Source: an uncultured Eubacteriales bacterium (GTDB taxonomy: Bacteria > Bacillota > Clostridia > Christensenellales > UBA1242). From it: DNA of 64,000 nt. Location of the stretch: the NCBI GenBank assembly GCA_902476355.1, contig CABSCS010000003.1:21882-85881 (forward strand), in the 5' to 3' direction. Shown piece after piece: positions 44,424-55,633 of this stretch. The notes below the pieces were generated by a model. The model made no database searches. It had not been told where the DNA came from and saw only the letters and a list, made by a program, of their open reading frames with translations. The translations under genes and the position numbers were made by a program. How positions within the stretch are numbered: the stretch's first letter is position 1; each line of letters begins with the position of its first letter.

Positions 44424-45008
44424 CTATTCGACTCGCTCTTCTTGTTCAGATTTTATCTTGTCTGAAATTTCATCTGAAACAGCAACTTTTTCGTCAAGTT
44501 CATGACTGCATGCAAGCACAATTTTGATTGCAAGAACACCAATTGACAAAACAAGCGAAATCAAAGCAATTGAAACGTGAATGTTCATTTCAAAGAAAAA
44601 TGGGAAAACACAAACCATGAACAAACAATTCAAAACAAGAACACCAATGTTGAGTTTGCTTTGTTGTTTGTTTCGGTTTTTGCTTAAAAGGTCAACAATT
44701 AAACATGCAACATAAATTCCAAGGCTAACCGCCATGACAGGAACAAAAAGCCCATAATAGATAAACGAAACAAGTGCGCAAATGTTCACAAAGTCTGCAA
44801 TGTAAATTGAAAAGCGATAAAGGCTTTTATAACTTGCGCCATATTTTCTTTCAAGAACAGCAAAAGCAAGCGACACTGCAAAAATTACAAAATAAACAGC
44901 ACCCGAAATTTTTTGACCACCCCAAATGAGTGAAATGGCAAAAAACACCAAAAATGCGGTGTAGATGCTGAACATGATAATTGAAATTATATTTTTCTTT
45001 TCTTGCAT
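44424..45008 (-). CDS. polytopic membrane protein, unknown function
   Basis: Starts MQEKKNIISIIMFSIY at ATG 45008. The longer track start (45086) would run into the divergent promoter region. Confidence 0.55.
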   Translation of the reverse strand: MQEKKNIISIIMFSIYTAFLVFFAISLIWGGQKISGAVYFVIFAVSLAFAVLERKYGASYKSLYRFSIYIADFVNICALVSFIYYGLFVPVMAVSLGIYVACLIVDLLSKNRNKQQSKLNIGVLVLNCLFMVCVFPFFFEMNIHVSIALISLVLSIGVLAIKIVLACSHELDEKVAVSDEISDKIKSEQEERVE

Positions 45009-45119
45009 GATATTTTCCAAATACATTGTACACCAAATTTCAGTTCGAATAAAGTGTTTTATAAACAAAAATATATTTTTTTGCATATTTTAAAGTGTGA
45101 AAATTTAAGGAGGAAAAAA

Positions 45120-46121
45120 ATGAAACGAATTTTTACATATTTTATGTGTCTTGTCATGCTTGCAATTCCGTGTTCACTTTTTGTGGCGTGCAAGAAAGAC
45201 AAGGACATAGTCAGACTCAATGAAGTAACGCACAGTGTTTTCTATGCCCCACTTTATCTTGCAATGAACCTCGGCTATATGGAAGACGAAAACATTAAAA
45301 TTGAACTTGAAAATGGTCAAGGAAGCGACAAGAGCATGGCATCACTGCTTTCAAACAACGCCGACATTGCTTTGCTTGGTGCTGAAACCGTAATTTATCT
45401 TGAAGCGCAAGGAAGCACTTCTCATCCAATGATTTTTGGACAACTTACAAAACGCGACGGCTCTTTCCTTGTTTCAAAAACCAACGAGAAAGACACTTTC
45501 TCTTGGAAAACATCACTTCAAAACAAAAAGGTTATCGCGGGTCGCCGTGGAGGTCTTCCTGCAATGACATTTGAATGGGTTGTGAACAGCAACAATCTCA
45601 TCAATGGCGAAAATATCACCCTTGACCTTGACACATCTTTTGCAATGCAAGTTCCTGTTTTTGAAGCAGACAACACTGCACAATATTGCACAATGTTCGA
45701 ACCAACAGCAACCGAATTTGAAGAAGCCGGAAAAGGATATATTGTTGGCTCGGTTGGTGAATATTCTGGCGAAATTCCATTCACATGCTTCATGGCTCGA
45801 CCATCATACATTTCAAAAAACAGCGAAAAAATTGAAGGATTCCTTCGTGCAATTCGCAAAGCATATGTTTTCATCATGACACATGAAGACCTTGAAGTTG
45901 CAAATGCACTTTTGCCATCGTTCAGCGGTTCAACTGCTGAGTCGCTTGCAAAAGCAATCAAATCATACAAACAAATCGACGCATGGTGCGCAACCCCAAC
46001 AATGACTGAAAGTTCATATAATCGCTTGATAGCGGTTTTGAAAAACGCAGGCGAACTTGAAAAAAATAAAAACGTAAGTTTTGGTTCGGTTGTCGACAAC
46101 CAATATGCGCTCAAAGCATAA
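45120..46121 (+). CDS. ABC transporter substrate-binding lipoprotein (NMT1/SsuA-like)
   Basis: AAGGAGG RBS. Lipobox LFVAC. 333 aa. Followed by a cognate ATPase and permease. Confidence 0.75.
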   Translation: MKRIFTYFMCLVMLAIPCSLFVACKKDKDIVRLNEVTHSVFYAPLYLAMNLGYMEDENIKIELENGQGSDKSMASLLSNNADIALLGAETVIYLEAQGSTSHPMIFGQLTKRDGSFLVSKTNEKDTFSWKTSLQNKKVIAGRRGGLPAMTFEWVVNSNNLINGENITLDLDTSFAMQVPVFEADNTAQYCTMFEPTATEFEEAGKGYIVGSVGEYSGEIPFTCFMARPSYISKNSEKIEGFLRAIRKAYVFIMTHEDLEVANALLPSFSGSTAESLAKAIKSYKQIDAWCATPTMTESSYNRLIAVLKNAGELEKNKNVSFGSVVDNQYALKA

Positions 46122-46157
46122 ACTAAAATGTAGCGAATGCTACACAAGGAGAAACAA

Positions 46158-46919
46158 ATGGAGAAGTTACTATCACTAAACAACATAGAATTGATATATC
46201 ATTCTCCACAAAGTGAAACACAAGCACTAAAAAATCTTAGTTTTTCGGTAAACAGTGGCGAATTTGTAAGCATTGTCGGCCCAAGCGGATGCGGAAAAAC
46301 CACAATCTTATCACTGATTGCCGGAACAATTAAACCAACAAGTGGAGAAATTTTAATTTCAGAAAAAAAAGTGGAAAAACCAACCGGAAAAGCAGGATAT
46401 ATGTTTCAGCAAGACAACCTTTTTGAATGGCTGACAATTTGGAAAAATGTTATTCTTGGCTTGACTTTCAAAAAAAGAAAGACCAAAGAAAATCTTGCCT
46501 ATTCTAAAAGTCTTATTGAAAAATATGGGCTTGCAGGCTTTGAAAAGCATTTTCCAAGTGAACTTTCTGGCGGAATGAGACAAAGAGTTGCACTTATTCG
46601 AACACTCAGCCTTCGCCCAGAAATTTTGCTTCTTGATGAGCCATTCTCTGCCCTTGACTATCAAACAAGGCTGTCGGTTCAAGATGATGTGAAAGCAATC
46701 ATAAAAAATGAAAACAAAACTGCAATTTTGGTTACTCACGACATTTCCGAAGCAATTGCAATGACCGACAAAGTCATTGTTCTAACAAAGCGCCCAGCAT
46801 GTGTGAAAGACATTATCACGCTTGATTTTGACAAAAACCTTACGCCTTTCGAACGCAGAAAAGACAAACTTTTCAACACCTATTTCAACAAGGTTTGGAG
46901 CACTTTAAATGAAGAATAA
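46158..46919 (+). CDS. ABC transporter ATP-binding protein (nitrate/sulfonate/taurine type)
   Basis: Contains Walker A GPSGCGKTT, the signature LSGGMRQR and Walker B LLLDEPF. Confidence 0.9.
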   Translation: MEKLLSLNNIELIYHSPQSETQALKNLSFSVNSGEFVSIVGPSGCGKTTILSLIAGTIKPTSGEILISEKKVEKPTGKAGYMFQQDNLFEWLTIWKNVILGLTFKKRKTKENLAYSKSLIEKYGLAGFEKHFPSELSGGMRQRVALIRTLSLRPEILLLDEPFSALDYQTRLSVQDDVKAIIKNENKTAILVTHDISEAIAMTDKVIVLTKRPACVKDIITLDFDKNLTPFERRKDKLFNTYFNKVWSTLNEE

Positions 46920-47715
46920 ACCAGTTTACTCTCCTGCTCACAAAAAATATTTGAAAGGTTTAAAAGTCAAAGCATTTTCAGTTCACACAGTGCGCATTTT
47001 GCTTTTGGTTTTGATTTTCGGAATATGGGAACTTTCGGCATCTTCTGGGCTTGTTGACCCATTTATCACATCTTCACCATCAAGAATAATAAAGCAACTT
47101 GAAATTTTAATGAAAGATGGTTCACTTCTTCACCACTCTTGGGTAACGCTTTATGAGACCCTTTTGGCATTTTCAATCAGCACCATTATCGGAACACTTG
47201 TCGCAATTGCGCTATACGGCATGCCACCAGTGAGAAAAGTTCTTGAACCATATCTTATTGTTTTGAACTCTCTTCCAAAAATTGCTCTTGGACCACTTAT
47301 CATTGTTTGGATGGGAACAGGCACAAAATCTATTGTTGCAATGGGATTTTTAATCTGCATTGTCATTACAACAATTTCAATGTTGAATGGCTATTTATCA
47401 ATTCCAAAAGACAAGATTTTGCTTTTAAAAACAATGGGAGCAAACAAATTTCAAATTCTTTATAAACTGATTATTCCAGCAACAAACAAAGACTTTGTTT
47501 CGGTTTTAAAAATCAATGTTGGAATGAGTTGGGTTGGCGTTGTAATGGGAGAATATCTCACAAGTAAAGCCGGTCTTGGATATCTTATCGTATATGGCGG
47601 ACAGGTTTTTAAACTCGACCTTGTAATGTGTGCAATTTTAATACTCTGCCTTCTTGCTGGGCTTATGTATGGGCTTGTTGCACTGCTTGAAAAGTTTATA
47701 AACCGCCGTCAATGA
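46909..47715 (+). CDS. ABC transporter permease
   Basis: 268 aa with 6 TM helices. Overlaps the ATPase gene by 11 nt. Confidence 0.85.
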   Translation: MKNKPVYSPAHKKYLKGLKVKAFSVHTVRILLLVLIFGIWELSASSGLVDPFITSSPSRIIKQLEILMKDGSLLHHSWVTLYETLLAFSISTIIGTLVAIALYGMPPVRKVLEPYLIVLNSLPKIALGPLIIVWMGTGTKSIVAMGFLICIVITTISMLNGYLSIPKDKILLLKTMGANKFQILYKLIIPATNKDFVSVLKINVGMSWVGVVMGEYLTSKAGLGYLIVYGGQVFKLDLVMCAILILCLLAGLMYGLVALLEKFINRRQ

Positions 47716-47755
47716 TTCACTTTATTTTTTCTAAAATCAATTTCTATAACAAAAA

Positions 47756-47781
47756 GAGCCACCAATCGGTGGCTCTTTTTT
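47756..47781. terminator. bidirectional terminator
   Basis: GAGCCACC-AATC-GGTGGCTC flanked by A and T runs, between convergent genes. Confidence 0.75.
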
Positions 47782-47784
47782 GTG

Positions 47785-49812
47785 TTACTCTTTATCATCA
47801 TTTGCTTGAACTTTCTTTAAAACTGCATTAAACTTTTTGTCTTCAAAGAACAAGTCTTGCTTTTCGCCTTTTTTAACATTTTGCATTGCTTTTATCTGAT
47901 ATAACTGAATGTTTTCTGTTTCTTTATTTTCTGAAATGGTGTTTTCATTTTCTTTTGTTTCACCACTAACTTCATTGCTTATAAAACTGCTTGTTCCCAT
48001 GTTAAGTGTCAAAGCAGGAGCAATTCCGATTGAGTAGTCATCAACATCATATTCTTTATATTGTTTTCCAGTTTCATTCACACCCCACATCACATCACTT
48101 CCACCTGATGATGGTGAACGCAACCACCAACGTCCTTTGCCAAGACGCGCAGAACTTGTGCTATAATATGCCCCATTTGCACGAGCATAGTCTGTAACCA
48201 ATTTTGCACCAGATGTTGTTGGAAGTTGGTTATATGAAACCGCCTCTATATATCCAAGTGCAAAGATTTTATCTTCGGTGTTGTTGCAAGCATATTCGTT
48301 TGTTGAATCGTCGGTTGTAATGCTTCTGTTATCAACCGTTGTTGTCAAGATATAATTTTTCTCTTCGGTTGAAAATGCTTGATAATAGAAACCATTGAAT
48401 TGATAATATTTATAATCTGCCGTATGATATGAATAGTCAGAAACGTTATATTCTCTTCCATCATAACTGTTCAAGAACGCACGGATATGCGAATATTCAT
48501 AGTTGTTTGCATATACTGTTTCGCCATCAACGGTTCTTTCTCCATCAATAATTTGATAGCATGGAATGTAAGAGGTCAAAATGTTTTCCGAGGCAATGAT
48601 TGCTTGACCATTGCTTTCTTTTCCAATTCTCCATTTGATTGGTTCAACTTTGAAATAATAGTAAGTTGAAAAATCAAGGGCTGTTCCGTCGGTGAATGTA
48701 TAGTCCTGTTCATAGGCATTTCCGTTTTTCTTTCCATATCTTTCTTCATCTGAACCAAGGAAATAACCTTTTGAATCCACATCGGTTTCATCAATTGTAA
48801 CATCGCTTGCTTTGATTGTTTGTGGATATGAACCAAACAAAACAAAGTCGCCAGTTGAACTCTCATTTCCGTCTTCATCAACACGTGTGATGATATTTCT
48901 CCACCAAGCATATAAAACGCAATTGTCATTCACAACATAACTGCGAGTTGTTCTTGTGCTTGTTGTTCCCGAATTTTGAACCACAGGATACCATCCAGTA
49001 AAGATATAGCCACTTCTTGTTGGTGTTGGAAGTTTTCCAATTGCTCCACCCTTTTTAACAGTTCGGCTTGTTTCAGAAACCGTTCCAAATTGTGGGTCAA
49101 ATGTGACAGTTCTTGAAGACTCTGCAAGCGAAATAGTCCAGTTTCCACTTGTGTTTGTTTGAAGCGAAAGTTCATATGAACTTGAAGAATATCCCGAAAT
49201 TGAAAGTTTTGTCAAATCGGGTTTTGTTGAAGAACCAACAAATGTTATAATTGTGCCAGCTGTTCTTGTACTTGAAAGCACAATTGTATAGTTTGGGGTT
49301 GTTCCAGCATAGTTTTGAACAGTGATTGATGCACTGTTTCCAAGAGTTATCGAATTTTTAATGTTGCACGCCACGCTTATGTTTAAATTTGAAGACGAAT
49401 AAATTTTGTCAAAAATTGTTCCGCCATTCAAGTTCATTGTTCCGGCGTTATAAATGCCATAATTTTGTGTTGTTACACCACTTGCGCCAACAATTCCACT
49501 GGTGATTGTGAAAGTTCCGGCATTGTAAATATTGTCGCCATTTATTGTTGCAGTGTTTCCATAAATTGAACCACTTGTCATGTTCAGTGTTCCACCACTT
49601 GCAATATATGCCCCACCACCATATGATGCTGAAATGCCATGCATTGTTCCGCTGAAATTGAATGTTGAATTTTTTCCAACATAAAATCCACCACCACTTC
49701 CCGAAACAGCATCTGCCGTTTGCATTGAAGAAAAAGAGAAAATTCCAGCGGTAAGCATTGCCACAACTGGAAAAATCAACGCAAACAATACTTTTGAAAA
49801 CCTACTTTTCAT
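47785..49812 (-). CDS. secreted multidomain surface protein (beta-helix GGxxY repeats, Listeria-Bacteroides Flg_new repeat, DUF6273-like domain)
   Basis: Signal peptide. Contains YGGGAYIASGGTLNMTSGSIYGN-type repeats, VTFDPQFG..GYIFTGWY, and FGSYPQ...EPIKWRI. Confidence 0.7.
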   Translation of the reverse strand: MKSRFSKVLFALIFPVVAMLTAGIFSFSSMQTADAVSGSGGGFYVGKNSTFNFSGTMHGISASYGGGAYIASGGTLNMTSGSIYGNTATINGDNIYNAGTFTITSGIVGASGVTTQNYGIYNAGTMNLNGGTIFDKIYSSSNLNISVACNIKNSITLGNSASITVQNYAGTTPNYTIVLSSTRTAGTIITFVGSSTKPDLTKLSISGYSSSSYELSLQTNTSGNWTISLAESSRTVTFDPQFGTVSETSRTVKKGGAIGKLPTPTRSGYIFTGWYPVVQNSGTTSTRTTRSYVVNDNCVLYAWWRNIITRVDEDGNESSTGDFVLFGSYPQTIKASDVTIDETDVDSKGYFLGSDEERYGKKNGNAYEQDYTFTDGTALDFSTYYYFKVEPIKWRIGKESNGQAIIASENILTSYIPCYQIIDGERTVDGETVYANNYEYSHIRAFLNSYDGREYNVSDYSYHTADYKYYQFNGFYYQAFSTEEKNYILTTTVDNRSITTDDSTNEYACNNTEDKIFALGYIEAVSYNQLPTTSGAKLVTDYARANGAYYSTSSARLGKGRWWLRSPSSGGSDVMWGVNETGKQYKEYDVDDYSIGIAPALTLNMGTSSFISNEVSGETKENENTISENKETENIQLYQIKAMQNVKKGEKQDLFFEDKKFNAVLKKVQANDDKE

Positions 49813-50257
49813 ATGCTCCTTTCTTCCTTAGTATTTACATTTAAACAGAAATATATGAACATATTTTTATTTTTAACCTGCTTTGCAAAAGTGTGAAATT
49901 GCCTTGTTTTTTTCGCACAAGCAAACCCTTTCAACTCTTTTGCCGATTGTATTTTATCCCACCTGGGTAGGATTTGTCAAATGCTTTTAAAAAATTGGCT
50001 TTATAACACAATTGTGTTTCTTTATTTTTGTGCAGATTGCACATGTTTGCTAGGTTTTTGGGTATATTCAAGGTTATTATTCTCCCGCAATTCATCAAAC
50101 TTTTCAGTCCATAAATACCGATTAAAAATCACAGCAATATTTACAATATTTTTTTATACTTATCTCTTTTTTCTTTCAATTTCCGATTTTTCACAAAAAA
50201 AAATCCCGCAAATGGTGCGAGATTTTATTTTTTATGAATATTTTTTTGATTTTTTTG

Positions 50258-53200
50258 CTAAATTACTTTGATGTTCTTTTCGCCAACAATCATTGCAAGT
50301 TCGCTTGAAAGCGCTGGTGAAACAGTAACGGTTGCTCCAAGCGAATAAAGTTTGCGATTATATTGAACAAAGGTTTCTGTGTCGCCAGGATAGCCCGACA
50401 AAATTTCAAACACTTGATCTTTAAGATGTTGATTTTCAATGTCAAACTGCATATAAAGGCGTTGTTTCTTTTCTTGAACTTTGCCTTCACCAAAAACAAT
50501 TTTTTTGCTTTGGGTTTGCTCTTCGGCTTGCTTTTCATCGTTAATGAACTCTAACTTATCCATAACAATAATTGGTCTTTCACCTGGGCGAAGAGAAAGT
50601 CTTCCAGAAACAACACAAATTGCCTCTTCAACAAGGTCGTTTTTAAGTTGTTCATAGAACTTGTTGAACACCATAACCTCAATTGTTCCATAAAGGTCTT
50701 CAAGTTTTAAAACCGCCATTGGCAGATTTCCAGTTTTTGTGAAGCGTTTGTTTACTTCATCTATAACACCAATCATTTTAACTTTCATGCCATCGGTCAA
50801 ACCGTTGTTGTCAACAACCTGCTCGTCGGCATAGTCTGGGTTATAATTTTCATCTTCCCCACTGCTTGCTTCTGCAACCATTCCAGCATTGAATGTCATT
50901 TGGTCGGCAATTGCTTTATATGGTTCAAGAGGATGACCCGAAAGATAAATTCCAAGAGCCTCTTTCTCTTTTCGAAGTTTGAATTTGGTATCATATTCTT
51001 TAATGTCGGGATAATCAATATGAATCGATTCTTGTTTCGAGAACAAATCTCCAAACATTGAAAATTGTCCGCTCAAACGGCTGTTTTTGTCTTTAACGGC
51101 GCAAGCAAGTGCCATTTCAAAAACTGATGCAAGTTGGCTTCTTGTTTTTCCAAAACAATCAAACGCACCCGAATATATCATTCCTTCCAAAACACGTTTA
51201 TTGATGTTTAGGTCAACTGTTCTTGAAAGGAAATCACCAAGGTCTTTATATTCTCCATTCTGTTTTCTTTCGTTTACAATGGCATCGCAAATTTGAACAC
51301 CAAGTCCACGAACCGCAGAAAGTCCAAAACGAATTTTGTTGTCTTTAACAGTGAAATATGAATCACTTTTGTTAATGTCGGCTGGCAAAATTGGAATGCC
51401 CTCGCTTTTAACAAACGTTACATAGTGTGAAACTTCTTCTGTGTTTGTGATACGGTTGTTGATGATTGCGGTGAAAAATTCTGGTTCATAATAACACTTC
51501 AAATATGCTGTTTGGAACGCGATATATGCATATGCCGCCGCGTGCGACTTGTTGAACGCATATGACGCAAAGGTTGCCATTTGCCCGAAAACTTCTTCGG
51601 CAACTTCTCTTGGAACGCCAAGGTTAACCGCACCAGCAATTGACTTTTTGCCTTCTGGGTCAACCCAACCGTCAATGAACTTTACTTTTTCATAGGCCAT
51701 TTTGTCTTTCTTTTTCTTACCCATGATACGACGAACGTTGTCCGCTTGTCCCAGGTTATATCCACCCATAACTTGGCAAATTTTCATAACTTGCTCTTGA
51801 TAAACAATAACGCCATAGGTACTTTTCAAAACTGGTTCAAGGCATGGATGAAGATATGTAACATGGTCTGGATTGTGCTTGTTGTCGCAGAACTTTGGAA
51901 TAAAGTCCATTGGGCCTGGACGATACATAGACACACCCGCAATGATATCTTCAAGACAGTCGGGCTTCAAGTCTTTCATGAACTTTTTAAATCCACCACT
52001 TTCAAGTTGGAAGACACCATCGGTTTTTCCGTCACCAATCATTTGATAGGTTTTTGGATCGTTATAGTCAATGCTTCCGTCATAAAAGTCGACAGTAACA
52101 CCATGGTTTTGTTTTATATATTCGGTTGCTTTCTTGATATCAGTAAGGTTTTTAAGTCCAAGAAAGTCCATTTTCAAAAGTCCAAGACTTTCAAGTTCGG
52201 TCATTGAATATTGTGTTGAAAGGTCATCACCATTTCGAATTTGCGGAACAAACTCATCAACAGGTTTTGGGGCAATCAAAATTCCGCAGGCATGGGTTGA
52301 AATGTTTCTTGGCATGCCTTCCATTTTTATTGCAATGTCGATAACGTGTTTAAGCGTGTCATCACTGTTATAAATTTCAACAAGTTCTGGCAAAATGAAC
52401 TTGTCATTTTCAGGTTTTCCAGTTTTTCCAAAATAATATTTTAAAACTGGGCCTTTTTTAACTCCTTCTGGTGGCTTCATTGGAATGATTTTACTGATTT
52501 TATCTGCCATTGAATATGGAACTTTCATAACACGCGCAACATCACGAATGGCGTTCTTTGCAGCCATTGTTCCGAATGTGCCGATATATGAAACGTTTTC
52601 TGGCGAATATCTCTGTTTTACATATTCAATCATGTTTCCACGTTGTTCAAAGTCAAAGTCAACGTCGAAGTCGGGCATGGAAACACGTTCACGATGAATG
52701 AAACGTTCAAAGAGCAAATCATAGCGAAGTGGGTCTACAAGAGTGATTGAAATTGCATATGCAACAATTGAACCAACACCCGATCCACGACCAGGGCCAA
52801 CAGGAATGCCATGAGTTCTTGCATAGTGAACATAGTCCCAAACAACAAGGAAATATTCAACAAATCCAAGTTCGTGAATAAGTTTCAATTCCTTTTCTGC
52901 CCTTTCGCGAACTTCTGGGGTGATTTCGCCATATTTTTTCTTTAAGCCTTCCCAAGTCATGTCTTGCAAAAACTCAAAGTTATCTTGTCCGTTTGGGGCT
53001 TGATAATATGGGATAAAGTTTTCAGTTGCTGGCAAAATATATTTTTTGTCAACGCCAGAACCATCTTCAAAGTGAATATCGCCGTGCGCTTTGCAACGAA
53101 TGACAACATCACACTTATCTGCAATTTCAACTGTTCTGTCAAGTGCTTCTTCATAGCCAGGAAGAGCCTCTTGCATTTCTTCATAGGTTTTATAGTAAAA

Positions 53201-53920
53201 TTCGTGAGTGTCAAATTTCAAACGGTTTGGGTCGTCGATTGTTTTTTGCATTTGAATGCACATCAAAACATCTTGAACTTCCCAGTCGGCTTTTTCAAGA
53301 TAGTGAACGTCGTTTGTTGCAACAAGCGGAATGCCTGTTTCTTTGCTCATTCTTGTAAGCCCTTCAATCACAATTTTTTGCTCTGCCAAACCATGGTTTT
53401 GAATTTCAAGATAAAAGTCGCCAGGGGCGAAAAACGAATTAAGTTTAAGAGCAAACTCTTTTGCTTCGTCATATCTTCCTTGAAGCAAAAGTTGAGGAAT
53501 GTGACCAGCAAGACATGCAGAAAGACAAATGATTCCTTCTGAATGCTCTTTCAAACAATCATAGTCAATTCTTGGCTTATAGTAAAAGCCCTCTTTTGAA
53601 GCAATACCTGAAAGTTTCAAAAGATTTTGATATCCAGTGTTGTTTTTTGCAATCAGAACAATGTGACCCATGTCTGCCTTTCCAACCTTGTTGAAGCGGT
53701 CATGGCAAATATAAAATTCACAACCAATGATTGGCTTGATTTTCTTTGCAAGGCAGGCTGCATAAAGTTGCATTGCGCCATACATGTTTCCATGGTCGGT
53801 GATTGCAACGGCTTTCCAACCACGCTTTACTGTTTCATCAACAAGTGCACCAATTTTGGTTGCACCGTCAAGCAAACTGAACTCTGTGTGCAAATGAAGA
53901 TGTACAAACTCTTTTCCCAT
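50258..53920 (-). CDS. dnaE: DNA polymerase III alpha subunit
   Basis: 1220 aa. PHP N-terminus (FVHLHLHTEFSLLDG), polymerase core and OB fold. The terminator TCTCGCA..TGCGGGA plus a T-run lies at ~50198..50235. Confidence 0.95.
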   Translation of the reverse strand: MGKEFVHLHLHTEFSLLDGATKIGALVDETVKRGWKAVAITDHGNMYGAMQLYAACLAKKIKPIIGCEFYICHDRFNKVGKADMGHIVLIAKNNTGYQNLLKLSGIASKEGFYYKPRIDYDCLKEHSEGIICLSACLAGHIPQLLLQGRYDEAKEFALKLNSFFAPGDFYLEIQNHGLAEQKIVIEGLTRMSKETGIPLVATNDVHYLEKADWEVQDVLMCIQMQKTIDDPNRLKFDTHEFYYKTYEEMQEALPGYEEALDRTVEIADKCDVVIRCKAHGDIHFEDGSGVDKKYILPATENFIPYYQAPNGQDNFEFLQDMTWEGLKKKYGEITPEVRERAEKELKLIHELGFVEYFLVVWDYVHYARTHGIPVGPGRGSGVGSIVAYAISITLVDPLRYDLLFERFIHRERVSMPDFDVDFDFEQRGNMIEYVKQRYSPENVSYIGTFGTMAAKNAIRDVARVMKVPYSMADKISKIIPMKPPEGVKKGPVLKYYFGKTGKPENDKFILPELVEIYNSDDTLKHVIDIAIKMEGMPRNISTHACGILIAPKPVDEFVPQIRNGDDLSTQYSMTELESLGLLKMDFLGLKNLTDIKKATEYIKQNHGVTVDFYDGSIDYNDPKTYQMIGDGKTDGVFQLESGGFKKFMKDLKPDCLEDIIAGVSMYRPGPMDFIPKFCDNKHNPDHVTYLHPCLEPVLKSTYGVIVYQEQVMKICQVMGGYNLGQADNVRRIMGKKKKDKMAYEKVKFIDGWVDPEGKKSIAGAVNLGVPREVAEEVFGQMATFASYAFNKSHAAAYAYIAFQTAYLKCYYEPEFFTAIINNRITNTEEVSHYVTFVKSEGIPILPADINKSDSYFTVKDNKIRFGLSAVRGLGVQICDAIVNERKQNGEYKDLGDFLSRTVDLNINKRVLEGMIYSGAFDCFGKTRSQLASVFEMALACAVKDKNSRLSGQFSMFGDLFSKQESIHIDYPDIKEYDTKFKLRKEKEALGIYLSGHPLEPYKAIADQMTFNAGMVAEASSGEDENYNPDYADEQVVDNNGLTDGMKVKMIGVIDEVNKRFTKTGNLPMAVLKLEDLYGTIEVMVFNKFYEQLKNDLVEEAICVVSGRLSLRPGERPIIVMDKLEFINDEKQAEEQTQSKKIVFGEGKVQEKKQRLYMQFDIENQHLKDQVFEILSGYPGDTETFVQYNRKLYSLGATVTVSPALSSELAMIVGEKNIKVI

Positions 53921-54894
53921 TAGCCGATCTCCTTTGAAATTTCGATAATCTTTTTAAAGCGAAGAGCAATTGCCCCCTTGCTTACCTTTACTGGCAAAAC
54001 CTCGGCAATATCGTTCAAACTTCCTTCTGGATTTGCAAGACGTGCAAGCGCAACTTCAAGCAAATTTTCAGGAAGCGATTCAAGCCCAATTGTGTTTTTA
54101 ATGTTTTCAATTGCAACAATTTGCTCTGTTGCAGCCTTTATTGATTTATCAATGTTTGCAGAAATGCAATTGGTTTGACGATTCACAAGGTTTCGCATTT
54201 CTCTTCCTGCCCTTTCGTTCTCCAAAATAAGCAAGTTTTTATGCGCTCCAAAAAGTCCAAGAAGTTTAGAAATGCTTTCTGCTTCTTTCAAATATACAAC
54301 AAAACTTTCGTTTCTTTCAACCTTACGCGAAATTACATCAAAGTCTGCCAAAAACTCGCAAATGTGGTCGGCTTGAACATTTGATTGAACACTCCATTCC
54401 ATGTGATATCCACTTGTTTTGCTTTGGTTTGAAAGATCCATAACGTCAAGGTGTTCAGGAATAGAAATGCTTCCTGCACCAAGGAAAAAGCCTTTCAAAT
54501 AGTCAAGTTTGTCGGCAGTTTCAATTGTAAGTGCACTGTCTCCAAGACGATTGATTTCATAGTTTCCAGATTTTGAAAAACTGATAATTCCAAGGTCGGT
54601 CAAAATTTGTCTTCCCGAAACATGGTCAATTGAAAGTTCATTTCTTGTTTTTTGTTTAAAGTTCACATTTTGCTCGGTTTCGCTGAACTTTGCTTGTGGA
54701 TAACTTTTCAAAATCACTTTTTTAACAAAGCCAATAAAATTCGCATTTTCGCTTGAAACAGTAAAAGAAAGCCCCCCGCCTGAAGACAAAACAAGGCTTC
54801 CTGCTGATAAAACCATTCCGCACAAAAGAGCAAAGTTGTTTCCTTCGCTCATGGTTTCGCAAATTTCATTTTTAACATCTTGTGAAAAACTCAT
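53920..54894 (-). CDS. whiA: DNA-binding protein WhiA
   Basis: Starts MSFSQDVKNEI. LAGLIDADG-like degenerate domain plus a C-terminal HTH. 324 aa. Confidence 0.85.
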   Translation of the reverse strand: MSFSQDVKNEICETMSEGNNFALLCGMVLSAGSLVLSSGGGLSFTVSSENANFIGFVKKVILKSYPQAKFSETEQNVNFKQKTRNELSIDHVSGRQILTDLGIISFSKSGNYEINRLGDSALTIETADKLDYLKGFFLGAGSISIPEHLDVMDLSNQSKTSGYHMEWSVQSNVQADHICEFLADFDVISRKVERNESFVVYLKEAESISKLLGLFGAHKNLLILENERAGREMRNLVNRQTNCISANIDKSIKAATEQIVAIENIKNTIGLESLPENLLEVALARLANPEGSLNDIAEVLPVKVSKGAIALRFKKIIEISKEIG

Positions 54895-54919
54895 ATTATT
54901 CCTTTGTTATTTTGTGTTT

Positions 54920-55633
54920 TTATTGATAAATTTTGTCAATATTTACAATTCTGTCAAGTGGCACATTATATTTTTCAATAAATTCAAGAACTTTTGAAAC
55001 ATTTGCAACATTTACTTTTCTGTGTGCATCTGAACTTACAATAAAGTTGCAACCACTGCCTATCAGTTGTTTTGCCTCTTCATCTGAAAAGTCAATGTGT
55101 TTGTTGTTTAGTTCAATCAAAGTGCCTTTTTCTTTGGCTTTTTTGCAAACTTTTTCAAGGTCAACTTTGATATAGGTGTTAATGTGTGAAATGATTGTGA
55201 CATTATATTTTTCAAGACAGTTTAAATATGCCTGGGTGTTGATTTTCTTTTGCTTTTCTGGCGCAAAAACTTTGCGAAGCGGACAATATATATTGTTAAT
55301 GGTTCCGCGATGATAGCCAACAATCAAATTATCAAGAAGTTTAATTTCGTCTTCGTCAAGGTCAATTTTGCCGTCTTTTCCAATTAAATTTGCTTCAACA
55401 CCAAAAAATAAATTCAAATTGGTTTTATCTTTCAAATTTTCAAGTTCGGCTTTTGCTTTCTTGATGTTTTTCCTTCTAATTCCAAACAAATAATGTGCTG
55501 GGCCATGGTCGGAAATTCCATATGACGCAAGCCCTTTTTCTTCGGCACTTTTCACATTTTCAGCAATTGTGTTTTTGCCGTGATTGTTCTTGCTATATTT
55601 GCTGTGGGTGTGATAGTCTCCCGTAATTCTCAT
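54920..55633 (-). CDS. PHP-domain phosphoesterase (histidinol-phosphatase family)
   Basis: Contains GDYHTHSKYS, ISDHGP and SSDAH motifs. Confidence 0.75.
   Translation of the reverse strand: MRITGDYHTHSKYSKNNHGKNTIAENVKSAEEKGLASYGISDHGPAHYLFGIRRKNIKKAKAELENLKDKTNLNLFFGVEANLIGKDGKIDLDEDEIKLLDNLIVGYHRGTINNIYCPLRKVFAPEKQKKINTQAYLNCLEKYNVTIISHINTYIKVDLEKVCKKAKEKGTLIELNNKHIDFSDEEAKQLIGSGCNFIVSSDAHRKVNVANVSKVLEFIEKYNVPLDRIVNIDKIYQ

Noticed and set aside
44202-44430. An expected T-box riboswitch leader upstream of valS.
   Set aside because: Only 9 nt separate valS from the upstream small membrane-protein ORF, and no T-box-like sequence is visible. valS appears to be co-transcribed with the upstream genes.
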